A stretch of 64,000 bases of DNA from Octopus sinensis (Eukaryota). Location: positions 119,908,001-119,972,000 of the forward strand of contig NC_042998.1 of the NCBI RefSeq assembly GCF_006345805.1, written 5' to 3'. The notes under the pieces were generated by a model. The model was not told the origin of the DNA, made no database searches, and saw only the letters and a program-made list of their open reading frames with translations. Shown piece after piece: positions 25,037-38,218 of the stretch. The position numbers and the translations under genes are program-made. How positions within the stretch are numbered: position 1 is the first letter of the stretch; every line of letters begins with the position of its first letter.

Positions 25037-25057
25037 AATAAACTGTGTCACAATAAA
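25037..25057 (+). terminator. Candidate TRAPPC10 polyadenylation signals (two AATAAA)
   Basis: AATAAA at 25037 and 25052, about 0.9 kb past the stop. Other AATAAA copies occur in this AT-rich UTR, so the site used is uncertain. Confidence 0.35.
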
Positions 25058-25924
25058 CTCTAGCAAGACATCTTGATAGATCTCATTGAAGCAAATGCAC
25101 ATTTGTAACTAGAATGTTTTTTGTATCTCCGAAAGAGATGATATTCATAAACATACGAAAGAAATTTTGATAATTGTTCAAGAAGTGTTGCCAGTTAAAA
25201 TTAAACAGTAATTTATTACTCATTAGATAACTGTATAAGATATATAGTTTGATTGCATTATTTAATTAGAAAAAGAGATTTAATTTGCTTTGATATTATT
25301 TCAATATGCATTGAGTTCATTTTTATGCTTTGAGGTATTTTGATTTTTACTTGAAAAATATAGATTGTTTTCAATGTTCATGTAGATGTTTTAATCATTT
25401 CAAACAAACAACAATATGCAAATTAGCACAGCATTATGTGGCCAAATATATTTATTCTATGTAGCTATTGTCTATTTACTTTCAGCATTAGAATTACACA
25501 AGCTGTGATGAGGTTTTGAAGAAGTGTGCAAAGAGTTTGATATTCATGTCGTACTGCCAAGAAGGTGCAGTGTATTCCCTGAGTTTCATTCCATAGCAAC
25601 AAACACATCTATAGGTTTTTGTTGTGTTACTGAAACATAAAAAATGCTCAGTACATCAGTGTTAGAAATGTGTAGAGTCATATATATATATATATATGTA
25701 TATAAATTAACAATATGTAGTCTAAAACATAACTATACTTCAGTATAGTAGATTTAACTTCCATGCTGAGTTGCTATTAATAAAATTAGTCACCATAACC
25801 TGCAGCTCAGGAGTTGGTCAACATACAATTGTTTCTGAAATAAACTTTGTAACTGATAACTGGAAGAAAGCAAATGAAATATAAAGCCACTAAAGGAATT
25901 CTACTCAATTGAAAATCAATCATA

Positions 25925-25988
25925 CTTACATGTATGTCTGTGTATGTATATATGTATGCACACACATGCATATATATATATTATATAT

Positions 25989-26036
<48 letters not shown>

Positions 26037-26382
26037 CACACACACACATGTATACATGTACATACACATATCTGTGCATACACACGTACTGTATTTGATG
26101 GTATAAATGATGCAGAGCATATTAGATGCACTCCAATTTCAGAAGTGCATATCCAGAAAAAAATATTTTTAGTGCTTATGGAGGCCCAACTTTGCATATA
26201 TGGCCCTGGGTTATTATTTTTTTTTTTTGAAAAAAAAGTGCACCATATATGTATATACTTACATAAATATATTTTTGTATATACATGTGTGTGTATATAT
26301 ACATACTTACATACATGTATGGATATATATATATATATGTAGGTATGTTTACGTATACATATGTACATACATACACAACTAC

Positions 26383-26421
<39 letters not shown>

Positions 26422-26430
26422 CACACACAC
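25925..26430. repeat. Compound (TA)n/(CA)n/(TG)n microsatellite cluster between the two genes
   Basis: Read directly from the sequence. It generates several spurious Ile/Tyr/Val ORFs in the track. Confidence 0.9.
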
Positions 26431-27399
26431 TCAGAAGAAAAGAAAAAGGTTCTACTTTATTGACTATGAATTAACAATTCACAATCAGGTGAAAAATCAA
26501 AGAAAATTTTATTTTTTAGAATTATGGAGTTGGTTATGAATTGACTCAAAAGGGAAAATAATTTATAAAGAAAAATGTATTATGTTAAAGATTTTTGTTT
26601 GTTTAAAAAATGTTGAATTTTAATTTATAAGAATGTATCAAATATTCATTTATATTGTTTCCTCTTTTTTGTTTTTGTTTCATAATTTCATCAGGCAATG
26701 TACATCCATGTTATTACTATAGATGCTTTGCTGATAGCATTCCCCCACTTGCCAATCAAAGTAATGTTACTACTCAAATAAATTTATCCAGATTGATATA
26801 TATATATAACATCATGCTTGCTGTAGAATTTGAATGCCTACTTAATGAATCGAAATCTGGCTACAGTAACAGTACTTATTTAGTAATGCCTTATATATAT
26901 TTTATTACCAAAAAGCCAATTCTGGATCTCTAGTAATTGTCAGTTGTTGGCTATACACCCAGTTAATAAAGGCGGGTAAGTTTTATTACTATATATTTTT
27001 AAGATTTAATCATTAAGAGGAAGTTCTCATGATTTTCTTTCCTCTGTTGTTGGTCAGACAGATATGGTTTATTTACCTTGATGATGAGGATGTCTACAGA
27101 AACACCAGAAGGTTGCTATTCTGGGAAGAAAGAATAGGGTTAAAAAATAAGAGAACGATACTGGTCTCAGTGAAATAGTATTTAATATACCAGTATTTCA
27201 TTTAGTCATAACTGAATGAATGGCAAAGACTCACTAGCATAGTGCAACCTCTAGCCGACAAACATGCAGTCTCTTTACTCTGCCTTTATTCCTTCTTCTG
27301 TTGTAACTTCTACTGTATCTCACTGCCAAGCCCCCTACCATCATCACTCTTTTAGTCCATTCTTCCTTCCTTTCCAGAATGACAGCCTGTAATTTCAGC

Positions 27400-28300
27400 A
27401 GACATCATCTCAGTTATTCAAAGTAACCAAACTATATCAGTTCAATGCCTTGGCTTTGTATGTAGTCCAGGATGTCTTTGTGTGCAGCCACACAGCATTG
27501 TCACATATGTGGAAGCTGTACTCTTGTGGGTCTCATAGTATCGGCCAGTATTGGGGGTGGAAATATTTTCTGGCCCTGAAGAGGAGAATCAGTCTTTGAG
27601 ATGTCCTATCTGTGTTAGAATGTGCTTTCACCAAGAGAGATCCTCACTGATAATGAGGTCCTGCATTTGGAGCAACCACAACTGGGTGAGAATCACATTG
27701 TAGGCCTTGTTTTTTTCTCTAGATCAGCTGTAGTGTAACTATGAATAAATCACTTGAAGGACTTAGGGTTTTGAGTTTTTGTTGTGTATGGCATATGGAG
27801 AAACAAGTTTAAAAGGATGGCTTCAGTAACTCAACTGTTTTCTGTGGGTCAGGAGTGAAGCACATATGTGGTCAGGAAAAAACTGGCAAAGCTCTGACCC
27901 TTTGACTGACTTGAAGTGCCATAGAGTGTTTGGAGGTACTTTGTAGTATATGATTGCATGTCGGACATTTACAAGGAGGCAGTGATCAAATGACTTGGTG
28001 GGTGCAGTCAGTCAGGATTTGGCAGAGGTTAAGCTTTGAAGTAAAAAAGATGCAACGAGTATTTGAATGGAGGTGGAAGTACGACTGTATACTTAAATGT
28101 TTCATCCCTATTATAATTTTTCCACCTCTGTTACTTTGATTTACAATGTGCCTCTTGATTTCCAGTTCAATAATGTCATACTTCTTGTTCTCACACCACT
28201 GGCTGTTATGATGTGTTGGAGTGATTGGATAAAACTTCCAACTGACATTGTAATGTCACAGGGTGACAATAATTGTCTTTACAGAATGAAAATGAATCGC
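27400..28300 (-). mobile_element. Highly decayed LINE fragment (endonuclease-RT linker-like)
   Basis: Broken frames resembling 'LNLCQILTDCTH', 'LWHFK' and 'VTEAIL'. No intact ORF. Confidence 0.35.
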
Positions 28301-30640
28301 TAATGTCATTTATTGTGCAATGGCTGAACTTCTGAACAGGCATGGCATTCAAAATGTGAATTCACATGCAGGGTTGTTAGTAAGTTAGGGAATATCATAC
28401 TGTAAGAATGACAGAGAGGGAAAATAACCAGGGTTGCCTCCAACCAGAAAACTTAATGGAAAAGTGGGCTTTAGCTTATATGATACAGCAAATCAAAATA
28501 GTTCTGAGGATAATCATGTAAAATGACTAATTCTAGAAAGGTAAAAAATAAAAAGCAAGGGAGACAATCCCAGAATTTTATAAATCACCTAGAATAATTT
28601 ATAACCTTTTGCCTTAAATTTTGTGTTTTCAACGACAAAATTATACTGACATCTTAACATCGATTTGTTTTTTTTTTTCTTTTTCTGAAAATGTTTGCAT
28701 GTTACAAATGTGTCAGCGTAGCCAAGAAGACATTTTAGGGGGAAGTGTAAATGCTATTGTGACAGTCATGCCTTTCTAAGTAGCTACATTTTAAGGAACA
28801 TTAAGATAGTGATGATTTTCAACATAAACGATGCGAATACTATAAGCATCATTATTGTATTTGCTTTTTCCATGCTAGCATGAGTTGGATAAGATTTATT
28901 GAAGTAGTATCTATGGCCAGCTGCCCTTCCTGATGTCAACCCTCACCTGTTTTTAAGTAAGGTATTTTCATTTCATGTCACAACCACCATTCTACAGAAC
29001 ATATTGTTTACAAGAAACAAAGATAACATCAGTCACCCAAACACAGTGTCTCTGCAAAGAGCAAAATAAACAATCATGCACATATAGATTTGTTTGTTTT
29101 ACATCTTTTTTTCATGTGAACATGGGTTGGATGAATACTTCTTTTTGAAGCATAATTTACAGCTGAGTAAACTTCCTGATGATAACACTTGCCATTTTTC
29201 TCAAGGTATTTTTTATTCCATTTGTCAACACCATTGTGGCTCAAATGGTTTCATGTGAAACTGTAAAATATAACCAGATGCCTACATTGCATACACACAA
29301 ATGATATGGCTTGTTTACCAATTTCACTGACAAGGCATTGATCAGTCCATGTCTATAGAAGACATCTGCCTAAAGTGTCACATTAAATCATTAAAAAAAT
29401 GTAAACATGCCAGAATCACTAACTTGAGAAGGTACATATTCGCTGGGGAGTTTCTCCATTGTGGATGGGGGACCACTGACCAGTGTCTACATGCCAGGTT
29501 ATAACACTTAACACTGTCTCTTGGTAAAACAGTACTATGCAAACACCAAACTCTACAATGATCTTTTCTTTAACAACAAAGAAGCAGATGTCTGCTAATC
29601 CTGACTGGCTCATTTACTATAGAACTTCAAAAATGCTTAAAGAGAATAGACGAGACTAGTTTCTGATCACATCTCAGCCGTCATCCGGAAGAGCCCACTC
29701 CTCTACAAATATCTGTTGGACTTGTGTAAGACCTATAAAAAAACAAGCCAACAATCTTCTCAAAGTCTTCAATTATTAATTCAACTCACCACCACAAAAG
29801 AAAAAAAAAAGCACATCACTTTTTCCTGCCTCATTTCTACAGAAGAATTACACTCTTCTCTAGCCTTAAAATCTACAACTCAATGCCCACTAAATGGAAC
29901 TGCCCCTCATATCAAACCCAAACTACAATAGAACTAAAACAGCTTCTGCAAAGGCAGAATAACACTACTGAAAATGTTTGTACTTAGAAGGATCATAGCA
30001 GAGTTCTCAATCTCCAAGTAAAAGAATTCAATTCTATTTATGAATTTTTCTACAGCATTTAATAGTATCAAATTAAAAATAGAAAACCACAAAATTACAT
30101 ACCAGTAACTTACTAATTAAGAAAGGGTTAGTTAAGTATTCAGGAACTGGACAAGTAACCAAAAAGTTGGCAATTTGTATCCTGTCATTGATAGTTCGTA
30201 TCTTGTTAAATGGTCCAGTCCATTTATGTAAGGACCACAAAGTACAAAGCAACTTCATTTCTCCAAGGACAGACAGCTTGCTCTCAAGGTGTATTAACCA
30301 GTTAAAAGTTTAGCATCTGTCGGTAAGCTGATTTGTCCTAAATATACACTTCATGAAGACTGCTTCCAGTGGTAACAATGTTTATAACAAGAAACAAATA
30401 CTGTCTTTCACAAATTAAAAAATACTATTATATATATATCCCTTTATAATTTAGATTACCCTGACAAAATGCTTATTTATACACATTACTTTGAATTAAT
30501 AATGCATTATCTTGTAGCTTCAAGATTTTGATATGATTGTTTAATTTTAGAATGTCATTCTAGAGTAGTTGTAAGAGGCTGAATCAGGCTGGTTTAAACT
30601 TAAAACAGGTAGAATATTTGGGCCAGTTTAAATGCTAAAT

Positions 30641-30695
<55 letters not shown>

Positions 30696-30870
30696 CTATT
30701 ATTACAAAGAAAATTAATTTAGAAAACATCAAGAGATATTTGAAAACATCCTGTGTGAATTTTATGTGGGGGAAACTATACAATTTAATTGAAACATTTT
30801 GAATCCTGAATATCAGTCTAAATATAAAATAAAAAATAAAAAAATTACACATACAAGAAAAAAATTAATA

Positions 30871-30876
30871 TTTATT
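30871..30876 (-). terminator. Candidate LSM5 polyadenylation signal
   Basis: AATAAA on the - strand about 55 nt after the stop, followed by a U/GU-rich tract. Confidence 0.55.
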
Positions 30877-30928
30877 TATAAATAATGAATACAAAATGGA
30901 ATCCATTACACATGGTGTATCTTTCTTT

Positions 30929-30961
30929 TCAAGTTTCTGGACCCTCACTACCAGGTACCAA
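30929..30961 (-). CDS. LSM5: LSM5 last coding exon (to TGA)
   Basis: ttttttcag|TTG... encodes LVPGSEGPET*, compare LVPGGEGPEV*. Confidence 0.95.
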   Translation of the reverse strand: MVPGSEGPET

Positions 30962-32785
30962 CTGAAAAAATATATAAAAGAGAAAATTAATAATAATGTC
31001 TACCCACAAATAACTGATAAACTAGTTATAATTCATAGTCCTATACTTATCTCAATCAGTTTGAGGCTCTCCTTTGCCTTCAGTTTTAACGATAATATTA
31101 TCAACATCATTTTCTATCTTACAATGTTAAAAAAAAAAAAAAAAAAAAAAAGGTATTTTTCAGAGATATTTTATTTAGGGTGCATGAGTTTACACCTACA
31201 CTATATTTTTGACTGGTTTATTGTCTTATTGTTGAATGTGAATGTAATCCTAGACTGGATTCAAACCACAAGCCATTATTTCTTAACTAAGAGTAATAAA
31301 ATTCTGCAAAGTTCTGACTGAGGAATTTTAAGGAATTTGCAGTATCAAAACACTTTGCATATTCCCCATCAATATTACCTACTCACGTGGATAGAACATA
31401 AACATAAGAACTGTATCCATAAAAAGAGGAACTGTGAAGCCCCTTAGGTCAGAGCTGAGGAAAATTAAAAAGTCGTCTTAATGAAAGGAGAAACACCCAA
31501 GCCAAGAATAATTGAATCTTTCATCCTTTACTTGTTTCAGTTATTAGACAGTGGCCATGCTGGGGCACCACCTTGAAGAATTTTAGTCAAATGAATCAAC
31601 CTCAGTACTTATTCTATCAAGCTCTTTTGCTGAACCACCAAGTTGTGGGGATGTAAACACACAAACACTGGTTGCGAAGCTGTGTGTGTGTGTGGGGGGA
31701 CAAACGCATGCACACACACACACGACGGATTTCCTTCACTGACCATCAAATCCACTCACAAGGCTCTTATCAGCCCAAGGCTATAGTAGAAGACATGGAA
31801 TTATGTGGTAGGAACTGAACCTGGAAGCAAGCTTCTTACCACACAGCCATGCCTGTGTCTCTGATTTAAAAAGGGAGAAAATTTCTATGACTGATAGAAC
31901 ATTACCATAGAAACTTAGAAATACCAAAGAAGCAGAGTTTGCTGAAAACCCAGTATTGACATCATCATGACTATGGCTGTTATTAATGGAGGATGAATAG
32001 AAAATATACTGAAATTACAACATTAACTGAACAAAAATCTGATTTTATTTCTGATTTTAGAAATGAAGATTCATAGTTCAAGTACAGCCTGGACATGTAT
32101 AGACACTTTATGACAATTGAAGATCAAACTAATTGGAAATGTAGAGTAAATGTGAATAATGCAAATATACTCTTTGTAAATGAGGTTAATAGTATGAAAG
32201 ACAATGTCACATACTTAAGCAGGAAGTGGGGATAATATACTCAGTGAAAAGAAATGTTTTAATCAAATAAGATTACACTCATTAGGTAAATTATTGGTGT
32301 TAATGACTATTCTCATCAAAGGCAAACGAAACAACAATTGAAGGAGGAAAGACAGTGTGAGTCAATGTTAGACAACAATAACAACTTTAGATATGTTTAG
32401 GTCTTTTCTTCAACAATGTATAGGCTTATTTATACTGATTAGATCTGATTGACTGAGAAAGTTTTGATGAAAAAACATTTACCCACAAAGTAAATATAAA
32501 TAATGCAATGACAAAAATTTACTGATATCTTGTAAATGAAGACCATATGCTTATGTGGAGGCAGCACTGTTGTGAGATAAACCCCAACCCTGCAAAAATT
32601 TTAAACAATGCAAATTTACACATATAATGAGAATGATATTGATATTTAATCAACAATAGTACCAATTCATACAAAAAACTTAGCTAAGTAATGCACTTAA
32701 GAAGCATTTCATTAAAAACACTGAAAGACAAAGTAAAATCTGCAAAAATTAATCAGATAGAAAAGACAAGATCATATATTTTTAC

Positions 32786-32858
32786 CATGGTAATGTTGTT
32801 GCCATTTAGCAATATTTGGTCTAATTTTGTAACTCTACGTCCTTCAGGTGTGCTTTCA
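32786..32858 (-). CDS. LSM5: LSM5 exon 4
   Basis: tttttttag|T...ATG|gtaaaa. Encodes (F)ESTPEGRRVTKLDQILLNGNNITM, the LSm5 Sm2 motif. Confidence 0.97.
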
Positions 32859-33049
32859 CTAAAAAAATAAAAAATAAAATAGTTGATTTCATTTCTCATA
32901 TGTGAGCATATACAAATAGAAGAAACAGACTTTAATACATCGAATTAATTTTGAAGCTGGTGACATACTCAGAGTTTTTTGTTATGTATGTTCTTTCAAG
33001 TGCCTGAATGAACATATGAGAAACCCCGAGTACTGGAGAAACCATTAAA

Positions 33050-33550
33050 AAATAATAATAATAATGAAATTATTGTATACAGTGCTCAGGTGCACCACAA
33101 CTTGTCAAATGTGCATATAAAGCATATGCAGTAATGTACAAATGTCTGGGAAGTGAACAGTGTATGAGTCAGATACATGCTTGTGTGTGTATGGAGGGGA
33201 GAAAATCAGATGTAGTGTTGGCGAATCTCAGGAAGCATGAAAGTTTTGAAGGATGCAGTGCTCCGAAAACCAACAACTGATGCCGGCAGTTTGTTCCATG
33301 CTTCAGCAACTCTTAGTGTGAAAAAATGTTTCCGAAAGTCATGGGAGCTGTGCTGTTTTCTGACTTTGTAAACATGTCCACGGGTGTTAGACAGGTGGAG
33401 TTTGAAAAGGTGCTCAGAGTTATTGTTAGTAAGATGGTTAATAATTTTATGGGTGTCTGCCAAGTCAGCTGCCAGATGTCAGAGTTTCAATGTATCCATG
33501 CCCAGGGAAGTAAGGTGTTCAGAATATAGCAAATGATGGAGGGTATTCTC
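33050..33550 (-). mobile_element. CR1-clade LINE 3' fragment with (TTA)n tail
   Basis: ORF ...NTRGHVYKVRK...RKHFFTLRVAEAWNKLPASVV...ASFK is the CR1 ORF2 C-terminal signature. A 3' UTR and TTA repeats follow. Confidence 0.85.
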
Positions 33551-33727
33551 TAGGAAATGAAAAAGATAGCTATAAATGTAGATAAATATCTTGCTGTATG
33601 TATATATATAGCTTCAAAATACTAAGCATAATTATTGCAAAGTATTTGTATGCAGTAGTCATAGCTTAAGTGGTGCATAAATGTAAGTTTTGAGGCAAAT
33701 TTCAACATCAAATACACACACATTATA

Positions 33728-34983
33728 CAAGGGGGTATGCAAAAGAAACCAGAATATTTTGCAATGTTATTTTATTCACATAGCTTTATGTGCTTACACG
33801 CTTATCACCTCAAAAGTACTCTCCATTTGAAGCAATGCAGTGGTCCAGACATGTTTTCCACTGTTCAAAGCAGTCCTGGAACCCTTGCAAAGTGATGCCT
33901 TTTAGTGCCTCCGTTGATTTTTTTCTTCACCTCTTCTACATCTACAAAACGTTTTCCTTTAAGGACTTTTTTCCTTCAGGGAAACAAAAAAAAAGCAAGA
34001 TCAGGTGAATAGGGAGGGTGGGTAGTTGGGGGTCATGCCAGTTTTGGTCAAAAACTGTCTCACACACAAGGTGGTGTGCACAGGTGCATTGTCATGATGA
34101 AACCACCACTCTCCACTTTGCCACAGGTCGTGGCGTTTTCATCTCACTGCATCTCATAAATGCTTCAGAACTGCCAAGTAAAATATCTGGTTAACAGTTT
34201 GACTAGGAGGAACAAATACTGTGTGGACAATTACTTTTACATTGATGAAACAAACCAGCATCGTTTCCCAATGAATTGATTGCTGCTTCATTTCTGGGTC
34301 ATAGCCACAGCAAGCAGTTTTTGTCACCAGTGATGACCTTCAAAAAAAATGTTTGGATCAACTCCCACCTGTTCTTTCAGTTCATGACACACATTCAGTT
34401 GTAATTATTTCCATAAGCAAGCAAGCTATAAATTTTACTGTAACTCTTTTCATTTGCAATTCTTACTGAAAATTTATTGGCAGGAACTCCAGGATACACC
34501 AGTCATACCAAAAAATTTGTCAATTGTTCAGTGATGATCCTCCAAGATCATTTCATGAATTTTTGTGATGTTTTCATTTGCTCGGGAAGTCAACAGTCGC
34601 TCTGAATGAGGTTGGTCTATAAGCAACAAGGGACCATTCCTAAAGCATGAAAACCACTCATATACTTGTGTTTTGCTCATGGCAGTGTCTTTGTAAGCTG
34701 TTTGGAGCATGACCACTATTTCGGTTGTCGTTTTCCTCAGCAGAAAACAGAATTTCATGGAAGCATGCTGTTCCTTTGTTTCAGTCATTGCAAAAATCGA
34801 CAAACAGGGGAGAGGCACTGTAAAACAAAGACGCACCATGTGGCAATATGACTTCAGCAGACAATGCCAGTCAGTAGATTGATGCTTGAGGGTCACATCA
34901 AGTGGCTTCTAGTGGTGGAAGCCTGAACTACAATGGACTTGTCCCACAGAAAATGTTTCCAGTTACTTTTGGGTACCCCCTTG
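33728..34983 (-). mobile_element. Mariner DNA transposon (~1.26 kb), defective
   Basis: TIRs (TA)CAAGGGGGTATGCAAAAG and CTTTTGGGTACCCCCTTG(TA) with TA duplication. Transposase N-terminus EQHASMKFCFLLRKTTTEI...QVYEWF, plus a decayed C-terminal region. Confidence 0.9.
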
Positions 34984-35851
34984 TATATATTTATGTAAAT
35001 AAAACAGTGACCCTACTTTACTTAAACATTCAGAGACATCTGGAAAGGTGAACATGTCCTAAACCCATGAAACTAAATAATTTGGTGCTGAATCAAACTT
35101 ATATTTAGTATTTAGTAAGTCCAATCTTTCGTTTGTTCATAAATGTGTGTGTGTGTGTGTAGAGAGAGAGAGAGATTTGTGTGAAAAGTTTATCATATAT
35201 ATTAGCTACTTGACCACATTATGATCATTTATATGATTGTGGTTTAGTTACATCTGAATGTGTGTGATTTTAAAGCACAAGTTCCCCTCACCCTTCACCA
35301 ACACTCACTCTCTCTCTGTCTCTTTTATACAAACTGCTATTGTTGCTTTTATAAGTGTTGAATTCAAAGTAAAGTGGTTTTACAGTTTAGGTCTACTCTG
35401 AATATTAACAGTCAATCAACAAACACATCTTACCACCACTATAGTTCTAGCAGAGTTCACCAGTGTTAGAAGTGTGAGTATTTTGTTGTTAATATGGACG
35501 GTATTAATTGTATATAGAAGGAGAGCAACATAGAGGCTATGAAAGGTCAAAAAGTAACTTACACTATATTTACAATAAAAGAAAATCCTTCTCTCACTAT
35601 TTGGTTATAACATGAAATAATCACATGTATTAAACAGCTGAGGGGGTGGGTTGGATTAAATATTTAGTAGTCATTATCAACGAAGGATTTCAGACCTTTG
35701 TTACTGTGTTCTAAGAGTTTTAAATGAGTAAATTATTTAAACAATTCATTCCTTCACCACCATAAACATTGTACACACATGCATGCTCGCACACATACAG
35801 TGAATGTTGTGCAGTCTAGATTCCCAGTTGTAATCCTAACAATACTTCAGC

Positions 35852-38218
35852 CAGGGGCTGTAAAAAATAAATTGATGAAAAATTAATTGCAATATAGTGC
35901 TCCAATTAATTGATTGGAGTTGTACTGCCAATTAAATAATTGATTGCTATCATATCAATTAATTGCAGTTAATTGCAACATTGTCAGCGAAAGTTTTTCA
36001 AATGACTCCTACTTCATTCGATGTCCAATCAGCAAATACAGCATTCTATTATTATTATTTGAGGTATTGTGTTGACACTTTGCTCTGACTGATGAGAATG
36101 ATTCGCACATTCTGTCATATTCGGGAATTGGTAATTGTGTATGTTGTCAAATAATCACTGTCCAGTAATTCTTGGTTCTGACTACCGAGAATGATTCACA
36201 CACTCTGTCTTCAAGTCATTAAATCGTAACTTTGCCCGCAACACAGTTGTATCTTGAATTTCACTCCAATATATTAACCAAATTAGACTTTCATCTAATG
36301 GCAAAATATCTTCTATTTTAAACTAACCCATGTTGCATGAAAATGAGCAAATCGTCAGAAAATATTTTAGCCAAACAGACAGTGAACATGTATAGAAATG
36401 CAAGTGTGGAAAAAAGTTGACCCAGGAAATAGGAACTGGATGGACAAATCTTATGAATCATAAAAAACCAGCATCCAGAGTATTTTACTACACAAGCAAA
36501 TGGATAAATATCTTTATCGAGTTTTCTTTCAGCAAGAAGTAGTTTGGTCAGTTGCTTGGCCTTAAATGTTTATGGCTGGATTGAGTGGGTATGTGTTAGT
36601 TTAAAACCATCTTCCTTTACTGAAGACCCACTGACTCATAAGTACACAAACTTAGAAGTATGACAAATGTGACCTTAAAGAAATACATGGAGAAACTTAC
36701 TCAAGAAATGGAAAAGAAACTATATTTGATGAACTTCCAAGTAACTTTTCATTGGTAATCGACATTTGGACTAAGGATTTGATGCATTTCATTGGACTTT
36801 TTGCATCCTATTTGTGCAATTACCAAAATGACTATTGTACCATTTTGCTGGCAATTTCACCAATAGCAGGTGAAACATCACTGCTTCTGATTATGATGAA
36901 TTTATAGAGTATTTGTTAAGTGTCTATAACAAAAATTTAAGAAATGTTGTAGCTATTACTGGAGAAAATACCGAAGTGAACAAATCTATAGAGAATTTGT
37001 GTAGAATACCACTAAATGGATGTGCCTCTCATAAATTCAATCTAGCTGTTTCTGCTTACCTCAACAAGCAGGAAGTTCTGCTTGATAAAACTAATATGTT
37101 GATGGGCAAGCTAAAATCATTAAAACTTGTGGGTAAACATCGGGGAAAACACCTTTGCAACCTATACAAAGAAATAAAACCTGTTGGTCCAGTACTAATG
37201 ACATGATTGAAAGGTACATCCAAATAAAGCTGTTTTTAGACTCTTTTCAAAGTGATCCAAAGTTGGTTGATTATTTGTTGACTCCATGCTATCATAATGA
37301 TCTGCAGACTCTAAAAGACAATTTAGGAAAGTTACGCTCACTAACAGTTGCCTTGCAAAGAACAGAAATAAATGTGGGAAATGATTGAATTCTTTTTGAT
37401 GAAATTCTTGCATCGTATCCTTACAAGGAATTTAAAAAAATATCTACTTATATCAGCAGCCATTGTGCACAGCCCAAATTTGGAAGTGGAGTTACAAAAA
37501 TCTTACAACATGCAGCAGCAGAGCTAACTGCAGATGAAGTGGCTCCTCTACACCAGCTGAAAGTGGTGACAGACACATCACAACAATCTGATTCACCTAT
37601 AGAAGATGATGATTTTGCATCAATTTGTTTGAAAAAACACAAAAAAGATAGAAGTTCACCTCAGTAATATCTGAACTGTAGATTTTTGTTACCAACATCC
37701 AACATTTTGGAATGTTTCTTCAGCTCAGCAGGTTACACTTTTAATGATTTTCAGCAATGAATTTAGAAATATAATAATTTCTAAAGTCAATTGCGCTTTC
37801 TGGGATGAAGACCTAGTTTCAGAATTCTGCAATCATTCATGACCATTTGCTATATTAGAACAGTTTAATTGTGTTGTTTGTTTGAGAAGCTCTTTCAATT
37901 TTGTTTTTCAACTACTGTGCAATGTAGAGTATAAATGTTGTTTGTTCCCTATTCTAAATCAATAACAATGAACTTTGAATATTTTCTGATAATTAAGTTT
38001 TTTCAAACTATAAGACGTGCCTTTTATTTTCCTATCATTTTAGCTCTTATCTAAATTGAAGTTAATACTCCAAAATATATGGTGTTTTTACGTTCGGCAA
38101 AATAATTGACAATTAATTGCAATAATTGATTGGCCTGTATCCCAATTAAAATTAATTGATTGCTAGGAAAATAATTGATTGGAAAGGTTCCAATCATTCT
38201 ATTCTATTTTCACCCCAG
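35852..38218 (+). mobile_element. Degenerate hAT DNA transposon (~2.4 kb)
   Basis: Imperfect TIRs CAGGGGCTGTAAAA and TTTTCACCCCAG, with AATTAATTG/AATTGATTG subterminal repeats at both ends. Transposase remnants include BED-like CKCG...WTNLMNH, CASHKFNLAV, and dimerisation-like PTSNILECFFSSAG. No intact TSD seen. Confidence 0.8.

Noticed and set aside
25909-26539. Several 64-170-aa ORFs rich in Ile/Tyr/Val/Cys
   Set aside because: They are translations of TA/TG microsatellites.
30896-31321. 141-aa ORF on the + strand
   Set aside because: It is antisense to the LSM5 last exon and runs through a poly(A) tract. Composition is non-coding.
31387-32008. Exon-like blocks at 31387-31454 and 31906-32008 on the - strand
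   Set aside because: They lie inside LSM5 intron 4, LSM5 is complete without them, and including them breaks the frame or adds stops.
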